A stretch of DNA of 64,000 nt from contig CAVSXK010000024.1 in NCBI GenBank assembly GCA_963731925.1, forward strand, positions 236,624 to 300,623. The letters run 5' to 3'. The notes under the pieces are model-generated. The model saw nothing but the letters and a program-made list of their open reading frames with translations, was not told the DNA's origin and made no database searches. This DNA comes from an uncultured Actinomycetes bacterium (lineage in GTDB: Bacteria > Actinomycetota > UBA4738 > HRBIN12). The translations under genes were made by a program, and so were the position numbers. Positions within the stretch are counted from its first letter, which is position 1, and every line of letters starts with the position of its first letter. Positions 39,753 to 50,869 of this stretch are shown here, piece by piece.

Positions 39753-40781
39753 TCAACCTCGCCGGGCGGCCAACGCCGAGAGCGCCTCCATGACCACACG
39801 ATAGGCGAGCAGCGCCGTGACCTCGCTCTGGTCGTACGGCGGCGACACCTCGACCACGTCCATCCCGGCGAGATCGACGGCACCCGCGACCCTGCGGATC
39901 GCCCTCAGCAGCTCGCGGGCCGACATGCCGCCCGGTTCGGGCGTCCCCGTTCCGGGAGCCATCCCAGGGTCGACGACGTCGATGTCCACCGAGAGGTAGA
40001 CGAGATCGGGGCCGTCGAGCGCCTCGGCGATCGCGTCGTCGATGACCGCGTCGACCCCGCGCTCCTCCACGTCGACGATCGTGTGCCAGCGGAACCCCTG
40101 CTCCGCCATCCAGTCGAACGTGGCCTTCTCGGGCCAGTACCCGCGCAGGCCGACCTGGACGAAGTTCCGGCCTTCGACCCATCCCTCCTCGATCAGCCGC
40201 CGCATCGGCGTCCCATGCGAGATCAACGACCCGCCGACCGAACTCGCCGCGTCCGCGTGCGCGTCGAAGTGGACCACGCCGACCTTCCGAGGCCACACGT
40301 GTCGCGCGACGGCGGCCGCGGACGGGTACGTGATCGAGTGGTCACCGCCCAACACGAACGGCAACGCTCCCGACGAAGCGACCCGCAGCACCTTCTCGTG
40401 GATCACCCGCAGGCCTCGGGCGTGGCGCGACGCGACGACGGGCGCGTCCCCCGCGTCCACGATTTTCAGCCGCGCGTACGGCTCGACCTGGAGCTGGATC
40501 GACCAGGCATCGCTCCCCCAGGTCGTCGGCGCCGAACGGATCGCTCGCGGGCCGAACCGGGCCCCGGGTCTCCCCGACGTCCCGTCGTCGAGCGGCGCGC
40601 CCACGATGGCCACGTCGGCGCCGCTCGCCGCGAGGCTCTCGTCGTCCGGGCAAAGCGGGAGCTTGTCGAACGTGCCTCGGAAGTCGACGTAGTACTCGAG
40701 GTCCTCGTACCCGAACTCGTCGAACTCGTCCTCACTGCGCAGCTCGCTCTGCTCGAGACGGAAGTCGGGGGGCTCGCTCAT
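39753..40781 (-). CDS. speB: Agmatinase / ureohydrolase
   Basis: RPGARFGP, GGDHSIT, HFDAHAD, SVDIDVVDP..PGTGTPEPGG. Confidence 0.85.
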   Translation of the reverse strand: MSEPPDFRLEQSELRSEDEFDEFGYEDLEYYVDFRGTFDKLPLCPDDESLAASGADVAIVGAPLDDGTSGRPGARFGPRAIRSAPTTWGSDAWSIQLQVEPYARLKIVDAGDAPVVASRHARGLRVIHEKVLRVASSGALPFVLGGDHSITYPSAAAVARHVWPRKVGVVHFDAHADAASSVGGSLISHGTPMRRLIEEGWVEGRNFVQVGLRGYWPEKATFDWMAEQGFRWHTIVDVEERGVDAVIDDAIAEALDGPDLVYLSVDIDVVDPGMAPGTGTPEPGGMSARELLRAIRRVAGAVDLAGMDVVEVSPPYDQSEVTALLAYRVVMEALSALAARRG

Positions 40782-40833
40782 CGCTACGGCGGACGCTACC
40801 CGAGCCGGCCTCGGAGCGTCAGTGTTCCCTCAA

Positions 40834-41546
40834 TCAGGTGGACGGCACGACGAAGTCTCGGTCGGCCACGACCTCCGATACGTCGGTAGCCTCGACCGTC
40901 GTCACGCGACCTTCTTCGACCCCATCGAAGAGATAGAGCAAGAGTCCGCTCCGGGAGAAGCACCACTCCAATCGGTGAGACGTCTCCGCCGAACCTCCGA
41001 TCGCACTGAAGCACTCGGCAGGGATACCCGCGATCGTCCGCCTTGGTCCTGCGGACACCACCGATCCGCCGGAAGCGCCGAGCTCGGCGAGGATGCGTTC
41101 GGGGGCTTCGACCACCGACGCGAACGGTCCGCTCGTCTCGGTGGCGAAACAGGTGGACGCTGCAACCTCGGTCCCACGACAACGAACGTCGCCATCTGGG
41201 GTAGAGAGCAGTGTGAAGCCTCCGTCCGGGGAGACCTCGTCCATCCGCCATCGGTCGGGCGGGTCCCACGCGAGTCGCATCTCGCCGACGCCGGAGCAGA
41301 TCCTCAAGCCGGTCTGGACATCGACCTCGACGAGCTGGCGCAGACACTGATGCGGAGATGTTGCCTCTCCAGGCTTGCGCTGGGTCGTGCGGTAGGTGAT
41401 CGTCGCCGGGGTTGTCGAACCACGCTCCCCCAGAGCGTCAGGAGTCGCGCGCGCGGCTCGAAGCGATCGGCGTGTCCGAACCGCTCCCGTTCGTGCAGGC
41501 CGAAGCGACCGTCGCCAGCGACGAGGACCGCCACGATGACGCGCAT
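40834..41546 (-). CDS. Putative lipoprotein (frameshifted N-terminus)
   Basis: MRVIVAVLVA then, in another frame, ATVASAC (lipobox); C-terminal RTIAGIPAECF..WCFSRSGLLL. Confidence 0.5.
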
Positions 41547-41627
41547 CGCGCGGCCAGACATGCGCCGTCATGGCCGAGACCTCGCGGGATTCCATGCCCA
41601 GGTCACGCGCTCGGGTAGCCTTCGGCC

Positions 41628-42972
41628 ATGGCGCCGAGCGGGCTGCTGACCGACCTCTACGAGCTCAACATGGCCGCCAGCTACCTCCAGCGCGGGATGG
41701 GCGGCGAGGCGACGTTCAGCCTGTTCATCCGGCAGCTGCCGCCGACCCGTGGCTTCCTGGTGGCCGCCGGCCTCGAGCCGTGCCTGGAATTCCTCGAGGG
41801 GTTCGGCCTGTCCGAGGAGGAGCTCGACTACCTGGGCCGGGAGCTGGGGTTCGAGGACCCGGTGCTCGACGCGCTCGGGGCGCTGCGGTTCCACGGGGAC
41901 GTCTGGGCCGTTCCGGAGGGTCGCGTCGTGTACGCGAACGAGCCGTTGCTCGAGATCACCGCGCCGATCGCCGTCGCCCAGCTCGTCGAGCCGTACCTGC
42001 TCAACCAGATCACGTTCCAGACGACGATCGCGTCCAAGGCCGCCCGGTGCGTGGTCGCCGCGGCGGGGCCGAGACGTCGTGGACTTCGCGCTCCGACGGA
42101 CGCAGGGTCTCGACGCGGCGCTCGCGGTCGCCCGTTGCTCCTCGATCGTCGGGTTCGTGGCGACCAGCAACGTCGAGGCAGCCCGCCGGTACGAGCTCAC
42201 GCCGGCGGGCACCATGGCGCATTCGTACATCGAGTCGTTCGCGAGCGAGAAGGAGGCGTTCCGAACGTTCGCGCGCGACTTCCCCGGCCGCACGACCTTC
42301 CTCGTCGACACGTTCGACACCCTGAACGGCGTTCGGACCGCGATCGAGGTGATCGAGGAGCTCGGCCTCTCGGACAACCTCGCCGATCCGGCTCGACAGC
42401 GGCGACCTCGACGAGCTGTCGCGATGGCGCGCGCACGCTGCTTGACGACGCCGGCCATGCGGCACGTGCGGATCTTCGCGAGCGGCGGGCTCGACGAGGT
42501 CGAGATCCACCGCCTGGTCCGCGGCGGCGCGCCGATCGACGCGTTCGGCGTCGGGACCCGGATGGGGGTCTCGGCCGACGCGCCGTCGCTGGACTCGGCG
42601 TACAAGCTCGTCGAGTACGACGGACGCCCGATGCTGAAGCTCTCCGAGCACAAGGCGACCGAGCCCGGACGCAAGCAGGTGTTCCGCGGGCGGCGGCGAG
42701 CGACGTGGTGGGGCTGCAGCGACGAGCACGCTGCCCGACGGACCGCGAGCCGCTGCTCGTCCCGGTGATGCGCGGCGGTCGCAGGACCGGCCCGCCCGAA
42801 CGCTGGAGACGGCGAGGACCGCTGTTCCGAGCCGGATCTCGAGACGTGTCCCGACGGAGGCGCAGGAGGATCGAGGACCCGGTCGCGCCGACCGCCGAGG
42901 AACTCGGACGCGCTCGAGGACCTCTCGGAGCGGGCGAAGGCCGACGCCCTCAAACGCGCGGGGCTCCCGTAG
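41628..42972 (+). CDS. pncB: Nicotinate phosphoribosyltransferase (several frameshifts)
   Basis: LLTDLYELNMAASY, DFALRRTQG, GTMAHSYI, LVDTFDT, IFASGGLDE, SAYKLVEYDG. Confidence 0.9.
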
Positions 42973-42984
42973 CTCCCCGGCGTT

Positions 42985-43593
42985 CTAGCCGTCACGTCCG
43001 ACGACGAACCAGATCCCGTGGACCGCCTCGTCGCCGAGGTTCCAGAGGCGATGGGGCGTGGTCGAGTCGAACGCGATCGAGTCGCCGGGTCCCAGCTCGT
43101 GCCGCTCGAACCCGAGCTGGACGCCGAGCCGCCCCGAGAGCACGTAGCCGTACTCGCGACCGGGATGCCGCATGAGTCGCTCGTCGGACGCCGACGATCC
43201 GCCGACGTCGTAGATCACGTGGAGGAAGTCGACGTCCTCGTGCTCGTGGCTCGTCAGTCGCTCCCAGATGACGCCGGAGTCGAGCTCGACCACGTGGCGC
43301 TCGGTCGGGTGGACCACCGGCCTCGCGACGACCGCGCTGTCGGACTCGGCTCCCACGGCGGTGGCGATCGACAGCTCGTCGTCGTGAACCCGGAAGACGT
43401 CGTCGAGCGAGACGTCCAGCTCGGTCACGATGGCGTACAGCGTGCTCACGGAGGGCTTGGACTGACCCGACTCGATCTGCGAGATCAGGCTGGCCGACAC
43501 GCCGAGCCGGCGCGCCAGCTCGCGCTGGCTGATCCGCGCTCGTTCTCGCTCTTCGCGCAGGCGCGAGCCGAGGTCACCGAGCTCACCTGCCAT
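42985..43593 (-). CDS. XRE-HTH + cupin transcriptional regulator (copy 1)
   Basis: ISQRELARRLGVSASLISQIESGQSKPSV; cupin HPGREYGYVLSG..GDSIAFDSTTPH. Confidence 0.9.
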   Translation of the reverse strand: MAGELGDLGSRLREERERARISQRELARRLGVSASLISQIESGQSKPSVSTLYAIVTELDVSLDDVFRVHDDELSIATAVGAESDSAVVARPVVHPTERHVVELDSGVIWERLTSHEHEDVDFLHVIYDVGGSSASDERLMRHPGREYGYVLSGRLGVQLGFERHELGPGDSIAFDSTTPHRLWNLGDEAVHGIWFVVGRDG

Positions 43594-43639
43594 GTCGCTC
43601 CTCACCGCGGCGCCAACATCAGATCGTGGTCGCTCATCA

Positions 43640-46069
43640 TCAGATGCCCGGGAGCTTGAAGCCAGACTTGGCGACGACGTAGTCCCTGGACTCGGCGGCC
43701 ATCCGCCTCACGGCCGGCCAGTCGACGTGGAGCAGTCGACCGTGGCGTTTCATCACCCGTCCGGCGATGAGGACCGTGTCGACGTTGCCCGTGTCCATCC
43801 CCGTGACGACGGCGGTCGCCGGGTCGTTGAGCGGCGTGACATTGATCCGGTCGGTTCTCAGCATGATCAGGTCCGCCTGCTTGCCAGGGGCGAGCGTGCC
43901 GACCTTGGCGTCGAGACCGTTGGCCCTGGCACCTTCCACCGTTGCGTACTCGAGGACCTCGCGGGCCGCGACGGGCGTCTTGCCCTGGGCGGAGGCGATC
44001 GCGCGCTGCAGGCCCAGTACCGAACGCATCTGGTTGAACATGTCGCCCGGCACGTTGGTCTCGACGTCCACGCTGAGGCTCGGTCGGAGGCCGCGATCGA
44101 GGAACTTCTGGATGGGAGGCATGCCGTGCCCCATCATCATCTCGACCGGCGACGCCAGCGAGACCGTGCCGCCCGTGTCGACGATCATCTGGATCTCGGT
44201 GTCGTTGAGCGTGGTGCAGTGGATGTACGTGGTGTCCGGCCCGAGCAGACCACCCTCGCCGAACTCCTGGACCTTCCCGTCCTGCCCGTAGCTCCCCACC
44301 CCGACGTGCGTCGTGATGCGAGCGTCGGTCTCCCGCGCGAGTTTCCAATGGTCCCGCGTCACCTCGAAGTCGGTGAACTCCGGACCCGGTGCCGCCAGGG
44401 CGAGGGTGAGCTTCTGGTCCTTCGTCGAGAAGTGCTCGGTGGCGGCTCGGACGAACCAGCTCGGTTGGCGCTCCTCCCACTTCCCCCACCACGGGAACCC
44501 GTAGGCGAAGACCGCACGGAGCCCGGAGTCGTTCAGCGCCTGGATCACCGCGTCGGTGTGGGCGGGCGAGCCCTGGATGTGCGACCAGTCGAGCAGGGTC
44601 GTGATACCCGCATCGATCGCCCCGAGCGCCGAGACCAGGTTGCCGACGTACGCGTCCTCGGGTCGGAACGCCGGTGCGAGCTTGTGCAGGACGAACGAGA
44701 TGTAGCTGGTCCTTCCTTCCAGCGGGACGTCGGTCCCGATGTTGCGGAGCAGGCCCTCCCAGATGTGCCGGTGGGAGTCGACGAACCCGGGCATGACGAT
44801 CATGTCCGTCGCGTCGATGACCTCCACCTCCCCGTTCGACAACGCCGGGCCCACGGCGACGATCCGGTCGCCTTCGACGAGCACGTCGCCTCGGGTGAGA
44901 TCGCCGATCGTCGGGTCGAGGCTGAGCACGGTCCCGCCCCGGATCAGCGTCCGTCCCGTCGGCGCGACGCGGAAGTCGGTTCCGCTCGGATAGAAGGCGG
45001 GCAGGTCGGCGGCCTTCGGCGGGCGGCTGCCGACGACCAGCCGCCGGGCCCGCTTGTAGTTCCGCTTCGCGAGCTCCTTGATGTCGCCGAGCTGGAACAG
45101 GACGATCCCGATCAGGACCAGGATGCCGATGATCATCGGTCCGTCGTCCGGTGACAGACCGAGGTACGGCAGGACGGTGATGATGAGCGCGAGGAGGACC
45201 GCTGCGACGGTGCTCCCGAGGAACGTGGCCCGGCCCCCTGCGAGTGACGCGCCTCCCAGGACGGCGGCGGTGATGCTGTTCAGCGCGAAGGTCGAGCCGA
45301 TCGTTGCGTTGCCGATCGGGGATCGGGCCATGACGAAGAACGAGGCCACCGCCGCCAGCACGGCCGCCAGGAGGAGGGCCCGTACCCGGAGCCAGCTCGT
45401 GCTGACCCCGCCGCGTTTCGCCGACCGTTCGTCGAAACCCACCGCCCTCAGCTCGAGACCGGACCCGGAGGCATGGAGCCACAGATCTGCCAGACCCGCC
45501 CCGACGACGACGACGATGAAGGCCACGGGGATCGGTCCGATGCTCGTCGTGAGCACCGACACCAGGTCGGGGCTGATGACGCCCTGGGCCGTCGGTCGCA
45601 TGGTCAGCGAGATCCCGTCCAGGATGCTCAACGTGGCCAGGGTGGCGATGATCGAAGGGATCTTGAGTCCTCGGATCAGGCCGGCGTTGACGAGGCCGAG
45701 GGCGACGCCGCACAGGAGGATGACACCGACCCCGATCAGGATCTGGGGGACCGAAGCCTCGGCGCCGATCAGGAACGAGGCGACGACCACCCCGAGACCG
45801 ATCATGCCACCGACGGAGAGATCGAGATACCCGACGAGGAGCGCATGCGTCTGAGCCATCGCGGCGACGATCAGGGGGAGCGCCAGGATGAGGATCTGTG
45901 AGACGTTGGTGGCGTTGACGAAGCCGGGGAACCGCGCGTTGGTGTACCACAGCAACGCTGCGACCAGCAGGATCTGCAGTGCCACCGGCATCCACAGGCG
46001 GAACCTGACGATCTTCCGCCACTTGTTCTTGTCGCGAGCGTCGCGGATGACCTTCCGAACGGCGCGCAT
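43640..46069 (-). CDS. Sugar-type ABC permease fused to metal-dependent amidohydrolase (copy 1, uninterrupted 809 aa)
   Basis: N-half GYLDLSVG, IPSIIATL, AAVLGGASLAGGR (RbsC-like); C-half LIRGGTV, PGFVDSHRH, ITTHVG, YIHC, LSVDVE, GKQADL. Confidence 0.85.
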   Translation of the reverse strand: MRAVRKVIRDARDKNKWRKIVRFRLWMPVALQILLVAALLWYTNARFPGFVNATNVSQILILALPLIVAAMAQTHALLVGYLDLSVGGMIGLGVVVASFLIGAEASVPQILIGVGVILLCGVALGLVNAGLIRGLKIPSIIATLATLSILDGISLTMRPTAQGVISPDLVSVLTTSIGPIPVAFIVVVVGAGLADLWLHASGSGLELRAVGFDERSAKRGGVSTSWLRVRALLLAAVLAAVASFFVMARSPIGNATIGSTFALNSITAAVLGGASLAGGRATFLGSTVAAVLLALIITVLPYLGLSPDDGPMIIGILVLIGIVLFQLGDIKELAKRNYKRARRLVVGSRPPKAADLPAFYPSGTDFRVAPTGRTLIRGGTVLSLDPTIGDLTRGDVLVEGDRIVAVGPALSNGEVEVIDATDMIVMPGFVDSHRHIWEGLLRNIGTDVPLEGRTSYISFVLHKLAPAFRPEDAYVGNLVSALGAIDAGITTLLDWSHIQGSPAHTDAVIQALNDSGLRAVFAYGFPWWGKWEERQPSWFVRAATEHFSTKDQKLTLALAAPGPEFTDFEVTRDHWKLARETDARITTHVGVGSYGQDGKVQEFGEGGLLGPDTTYIHCTTLNDTEIQMIVDTGGTVSLASPVEMMMGHGMPPIQKFLDRGLRPSLSVDVETNVPGDMFNQMRSVLGLQRAIASAQGKTPVAAREVLEYATVEGARANGLDAKVGTLAPGKQADLIMLRTDRINVTPLNDPATAVVTGMDTGNVDTVLIAGRVMKRHGRLLHVDWPAVRRMAAESRDYVVAKSGFKLPGI

Positions 46070-46160
46070 CGCCCGAGATCTCGCAGGCGCTCGAGGACCT
46101 CTCGGAGCGGGCGAAGGCCGACGCCCTCAAACGCGCGGGGCTCCCGTAGCTCGCCGGTGT

Positions 46161-46768
46161 CTAGCCGTCACGTCCGACGACGAACCAGACCCCGTGCACG
46201 GCCTCGTCGCCGAGGTTCCAGAGTCGGTGCGGGGTGGTCGAGTCGAACGCGATCGAGTCGCCGGGCCCGAGCTCGTGCCGCTCGAACCCGAGCTGGACGC
46301 CCAGCCGCCCCGAGAGCACGTAGCCGTACTCGCGCCGGGGTGACGCATGAGTCGCTCGTCGGGCGAGGAGGAGCCGCCGACGTCGTAGATCACGTGGAGG
46401 AAGTCGACGTCCTCGTGCTCGTGGCTCGTCAGCCGCTCCCAGATGACGCCGGAGGCGAGCTCGACCACGTGGCGCTCGGTCGGGTGCACGACCGGCCCCT
46501 CGACGTCCGCGCTGTCGGTCTCGGCGCCGACGGCGGTCGCGACCGAGAGCTCGTCCTCGTGGACCCGGAAGACGTAGTCGAGCGAGACGCCGAGCTCGGT
46601 CACGATCGCGTAGAGCGTGCTCACGGAGGGCTTGGACTGACCGGACTCGATCTGCGAGATCAGGCTCGCCGACACGCCGAGCCGGCGCGCCAGCTCGCGC
46701 TGGCTGATCCGCGCTCGTTCCCGCTCCTCGCGGAGCCGCGCGCCGAGGTCACCGAGCTCACCTGCCAT
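46161..46768 (-). CDS. XRE-HTH + cupin regulator (copy 2, frameshift near 46340)
   Basis: Near-identical to 42985..43593; one base shorter. Confidence 0.8.
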
Positions 46769-46814
46769 GTCGCTCCTCACCGCGGCGCCAACATCAGATC
46801 GTTGTCCCTCATCA

Positions 46815-49273
46815 TCAGATGCCCGGGAGCTTGAAGCCCGACTTGTCGACGACGAAGTCCCTGGACTCGGCGGCCTTCCGCCTCACCGCCGGCCAGTCGA
46901 CGTGGAGCAGCTCGACCGTGGCGTTTCATCACCCGACCGGCGATGAGGACCGTGTCGACGTTGCCCGTGTCCATCCCGGCGACGACCGCGGTCGCCGGGT
47001 CGTTGAGCGGCGTGACGTTCATCCGGTCGGTGCTCAGCATGATCAGGTCCGCCTGCTTGCCCGGCGTCGAGCGTGCCCACCTTGGCCTCGAGCCCGTTGG
47101 CCCTGGCTCCTTCCACCGTGGCGTAGGCGAGGACCTCGCGGGCCGCGACGGGCGTCTTGCCCTCGGCGGAGGCGATCGCCCGCTGCAGGCCCAGCACCGA
47201 GCGCATCTGGTTGAACATGTCGCCCGGGACGTTGGTCTCGACGTCCACGCTGAGGCTCGGTCGGAGCCCGCGGTCGAGGAACTTCTGGATGGGGGGCATC
47301 CCGTGCCCCATCATCATCTCGACCGGCGACGCGAGCGAGACCGTGCCGCCGGTGTCGACGATCATCTGGATCTCGGTGTCGTTGAGCGTGGTGCAGTGGA
47401 TGTAGGTGGTGTCCGGCCCGAGGAGACCACGCCTCGCCGAACTCCTGGACCTTCCCGTCCTGCCCGTAGCTCCCCACCCCGACGTGCGTCGTGATGCGAG
47501 CGTCGGTCTCCCGCGCGAGTTTCCAATGGTCCCGCGTCACCTCGAAGTCGGTGAACTCCGGACCCGGTGCCGCCAGGGCGAGGGTGAGCTTCTGGTCCTT
47601 CGTCGAGAAGTGCTCGGTGGCGGCTCGGACGAACCAGCTCGGTTGCCGCTCCTCCCACTTCCCCCACCACGGGAACCCGTACGCGAAGACCGCACGGAGC
47701 CCGGAGTCGTTCAGCGCCTGGATCACCGCGTCGGTGTGGGCGGGCGAGCCCTGGATGTGCGACCAGTCGAGCAGGGTCGTGATACCCGCATCGATCGCGC
47801 CCGAGCGCCGAGACCAGGTTGCCGACGTACGCGTCCTCGGGTCGGAACGCCGGTGCGAGCTTGTGCAGGACGAACGAGATGTAGCTGGTCCTTCCTTCCA
47901 GCGGGACGTCGGTCCCGATGTTGCGGAGCAGGCCCTCCCAGATGTGCCGGTGGGAGTCGACGAACCCGGGCATGACGATCATGCCCCTCCGCGTCGATCA
48001 CCTCGACCTCGCCGTTCGACAGGTCCGGCCCGACCGCCAGGATCTTCTCCCCCTCGATCAGCACGTCGCTCGATGGGAGGTCCCCGAGCGCGGGATCCAT
48101 GCTGAGCACCGTCCCGCCGCGGATCAGCGTCTTGCCCGACGGCGCCACGCGGAAGTCGGGGCCGCTCGGGTAGAAGGCCGGGAGCGCGGGGGCCTTGGGT
48201 GGCCGGTTCTTCGTGACCAGACGACGGGCACGCTTGTAGTTGCCCTTGGCGAGCTCCTTCAGGTCGCCGAGCTGGAACAGGACGATCCCGAGCAGCAATA
48301 GGACGCCGATGATCAGCGGCCCATCGTCGGGTGACAGACCGAGGAAGGGCAGGACGGTGATGATGAGCGCGAGAAGGAGCGCCGCCACCGTGCTCCCCAG
48401 GAACGTGGCCCGGCCGCCGGCGAGGGAGGCGCCGCCCAGGACGGCGGCGGTGATGCTGCTCAGGGCGAAAGTGGATCCGATGGTCGCGTTCCCGATCGGG
48501 GACCGGGCCATGACGAAGAACGCGGCCACGGCCGCCAGCACGGCCGACAGGATGAGGGCCCGGACCCGGAGCCGGTTGGTTCTGACCCCTCCCCGTTTGG
48601 CCGACCGCTCGTCGAAGCCCACGGCCCTCAGCGCCAGACCCGATCCGGAAGCATGGAGCCAGAGATCGGCGAGACCCGCCCCGACGACGATGACGATGAA
48701 CGCCACGGGGATCGGTCCGATGCTCGCCGTGAGCACGGATATCAGTCCGGGATCGATGACGCCCTGCGCGGTAGGTCGCATCGTCAGTGAGATCCCGTCC
48801 AGGATGCTCAGCGTGGCCAGGGTGGCGATGATCGAGGGGATCTTGAGTCCCCGGATCAGGCCCGCGTTGACGAGACCGAGGGCGACGCCGCAGACGAGGA
48901 TGACGCCGATCCCGAACAGGATCTGGGGGAGGGAAGCCTCGTCGCCGATCAGGAACGAGGCGATGACCACCCCGAGGCCGATCATGCCGCCGACCGACAG
49001 ATCGAGATACCCGACCAGGAGCGCGTGGGTCTGGGCCATCGCGGCCACGATCAGGGGGAGCGCCAGGATGAGGATCTGTTCGATGTTGTAGGCGTTGACG
49101 AAGCCCGGGAACCGTGAGGTGGTATAGAAGAGCAGCGCTGCGACCAGCAGGACCTGCAGCGCCACGGGCATCCACAGGCGGAACTTGACGATCTTCCGCC
49201 ACTTGTTCTTGTCGCGTGCGTCGCGGAGGACCTTGCGGACGGCGCGGCGCGCTGCGTCGACGCGGCCGCTCAC
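46815..49273 (-). CDS. ABC permease-amidohydrolase fusion (copy 2, several frameshifts)
   Basis: GTG 49273 overlaps the ATPase stop; permease and linker run in frame into TLIRGGTVLSMDP; the rest is in ORFs 47362..47982, 47043..47726, 46883..47365, 46777..47040. Confidence 0.8.
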
Positions 49274-50869
49274 GTCGCCCCGTTCGACGAGGGGCCCCTC
49301 GGCATCGCGACGCCGAGGGGCGATCGCCCCGCCTTGGACAGACCTGGCCCCCGCACCATCGCCTCGACGATGCGCAGCTCGTCGAGCTCGTCGCCGGGGA
49401 TCTCCTCGATGATCTGCCCCCGGGACATGACGAGCACCCGATCGCACAGTCCCGCGAGCTCGATGGGGTCGCTCGACTTCACGAGCATCGCCGTACCCTT
49501 GTTCGGTGCGCGTGCGAAGGGCCTCTGTAGATGTCGAAGCGGGAGCCGACGTCGACACCCTGCGTCGGCTCGTAGGCGAGGATCACCGACGGCTCCTTGA
49601 AGAAGCTGCGGGCAACCGAGACCTTCTGCTGGTTGCCCCCGGAGAGGAACTCGACCGGTTGCTCGATGGATGGCGTTCGGATCTCCAGCTGTTCGACGAG
49701 GTCGGTGACGGCACGCCGCTCCTTGCGTCGCCTCAGGAAGCCGAGCACGGAGAAGCGGCGCAACGATTGGATCGTGGTGTTCACCTTGACGCCGAGCACG
49801 GGCATCAGAGCCTCGTGCTTGCGATCACCGGGCAGCAGCATGACTCCCGCCCCGACCGCTTCATGGGTCGAGATCAGCGACAGCTCCTTGCCGTCGCAGA
49901 CCACCCGTCCCGCTTTCGGCGGCTGGCGGCCGGCCAGGCAGTCGAAGAGCTGAGGCTGCCCGTTGCCTTCGGCGCCGGCGATGCCCACGATCTCGCCGGC
50001 GTCCAGGGTGAAACTGACCGGCCCGAACGACTGGCCCTGGAGGCCGTCGACCACGAGCACCTCGCGGCCCTGGTCCACCTCTGGGGCGGGCGGGGGGAAC
50101 GCGGCCTCGAACGGGCGGCCAACGATCAGCTCGACGAGCTCCGCCTCGGTCGTGGCCCTCGCGTCGAACGTCCCCTGGTTCCTGCCGTCGCGAAGGACCG
50201 TGATCCGGTCGGCGACCTCGAGGACCTCCGGCAGACGATGGCTCACGTACACCACACCGACGCCACGACCGGCTGCAGGCGGCGACGGTCCGGTGCAGAG
50301 CGTCCACCTCGTCCGGTCCCGAGGGCCGTGGTCGGTTCGTCGAGCAGCAGCACCTTCGGATCAGCGACGAGCGCCTTGGCGACCTCGAAGAGCTGGCGGT
50401 CGGCCAGGGTGAGGAAACCCGCCGGGGCGTCCGGGAACAACTCGAGGTCGAGATCGAACTCGGCCAGCAGCTTCCTCGCCCACCGCTTCCTCCTCCAGAA
50501 CGGCGGTCGCCGATCCTCGGGCGCCGCCAGGAAGAGGTTGTTCTTCACGGGTTCGGGCAGGATCAGCGAGGTGTCCTGGTACGCCATGGCCAGGCCCAGC
50601 TTCCTCGCCAGCGCCGGGGAATCCCGGCGAAGGGGTTCGCCCCCGATCCGGACCGTGCCCAGATCGGGGTCGACGAACCCGCTGGCGATCCCGAGGAGGG
50701 TCGACTTCCCCGACCCGTTCTCGCCGACGACGGCGTGAACCTCGCCGGCGCGGCAATCGAAGCTGACATCCGTCAGCGCTCGAACCGCCCCGAACTGTCG
50801 CGAGACCCCGCTCAGCTCGAGGACCAGGTCGCCGCTGGTCGACCCTCCTCCGGGATCACCCTTGCCCAT
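49270..50869 (-). CDS. Sugar ABC transporter ATP-binding protein, RbsA-like double NBD (frameshifted)
   Basis: GENGSGKST, LLLDEPT, GAEGNGQ, LSGGNQQKV, EPTQGVDVG, SSDPIELAGLCDRVLV. Confidence 0.88.

Larger units (their letters stand above)
42910..49246 (+). repeat. Diverged direct tandem duplication of ~3.16 kb (pncB tail, XRE-cupin, permease-amidohydrolase)
   Basis: Copy 1 42910-46066 and copy 2 46087-49246 both start gcgctcgaggacctctcggagcgggcgaagg; unique 20-bp junction 46067-46086. Confidence 0.9.

Noticed and set aside
47723-49558. Triple ATPase-permease-amidohydrolase fusion suggested by the ORF track
   Set aside because: The ATPase ends at 49270 in another frame and the permease starts at the overlapping GTG 49273; the upstream extension is non-coding frame
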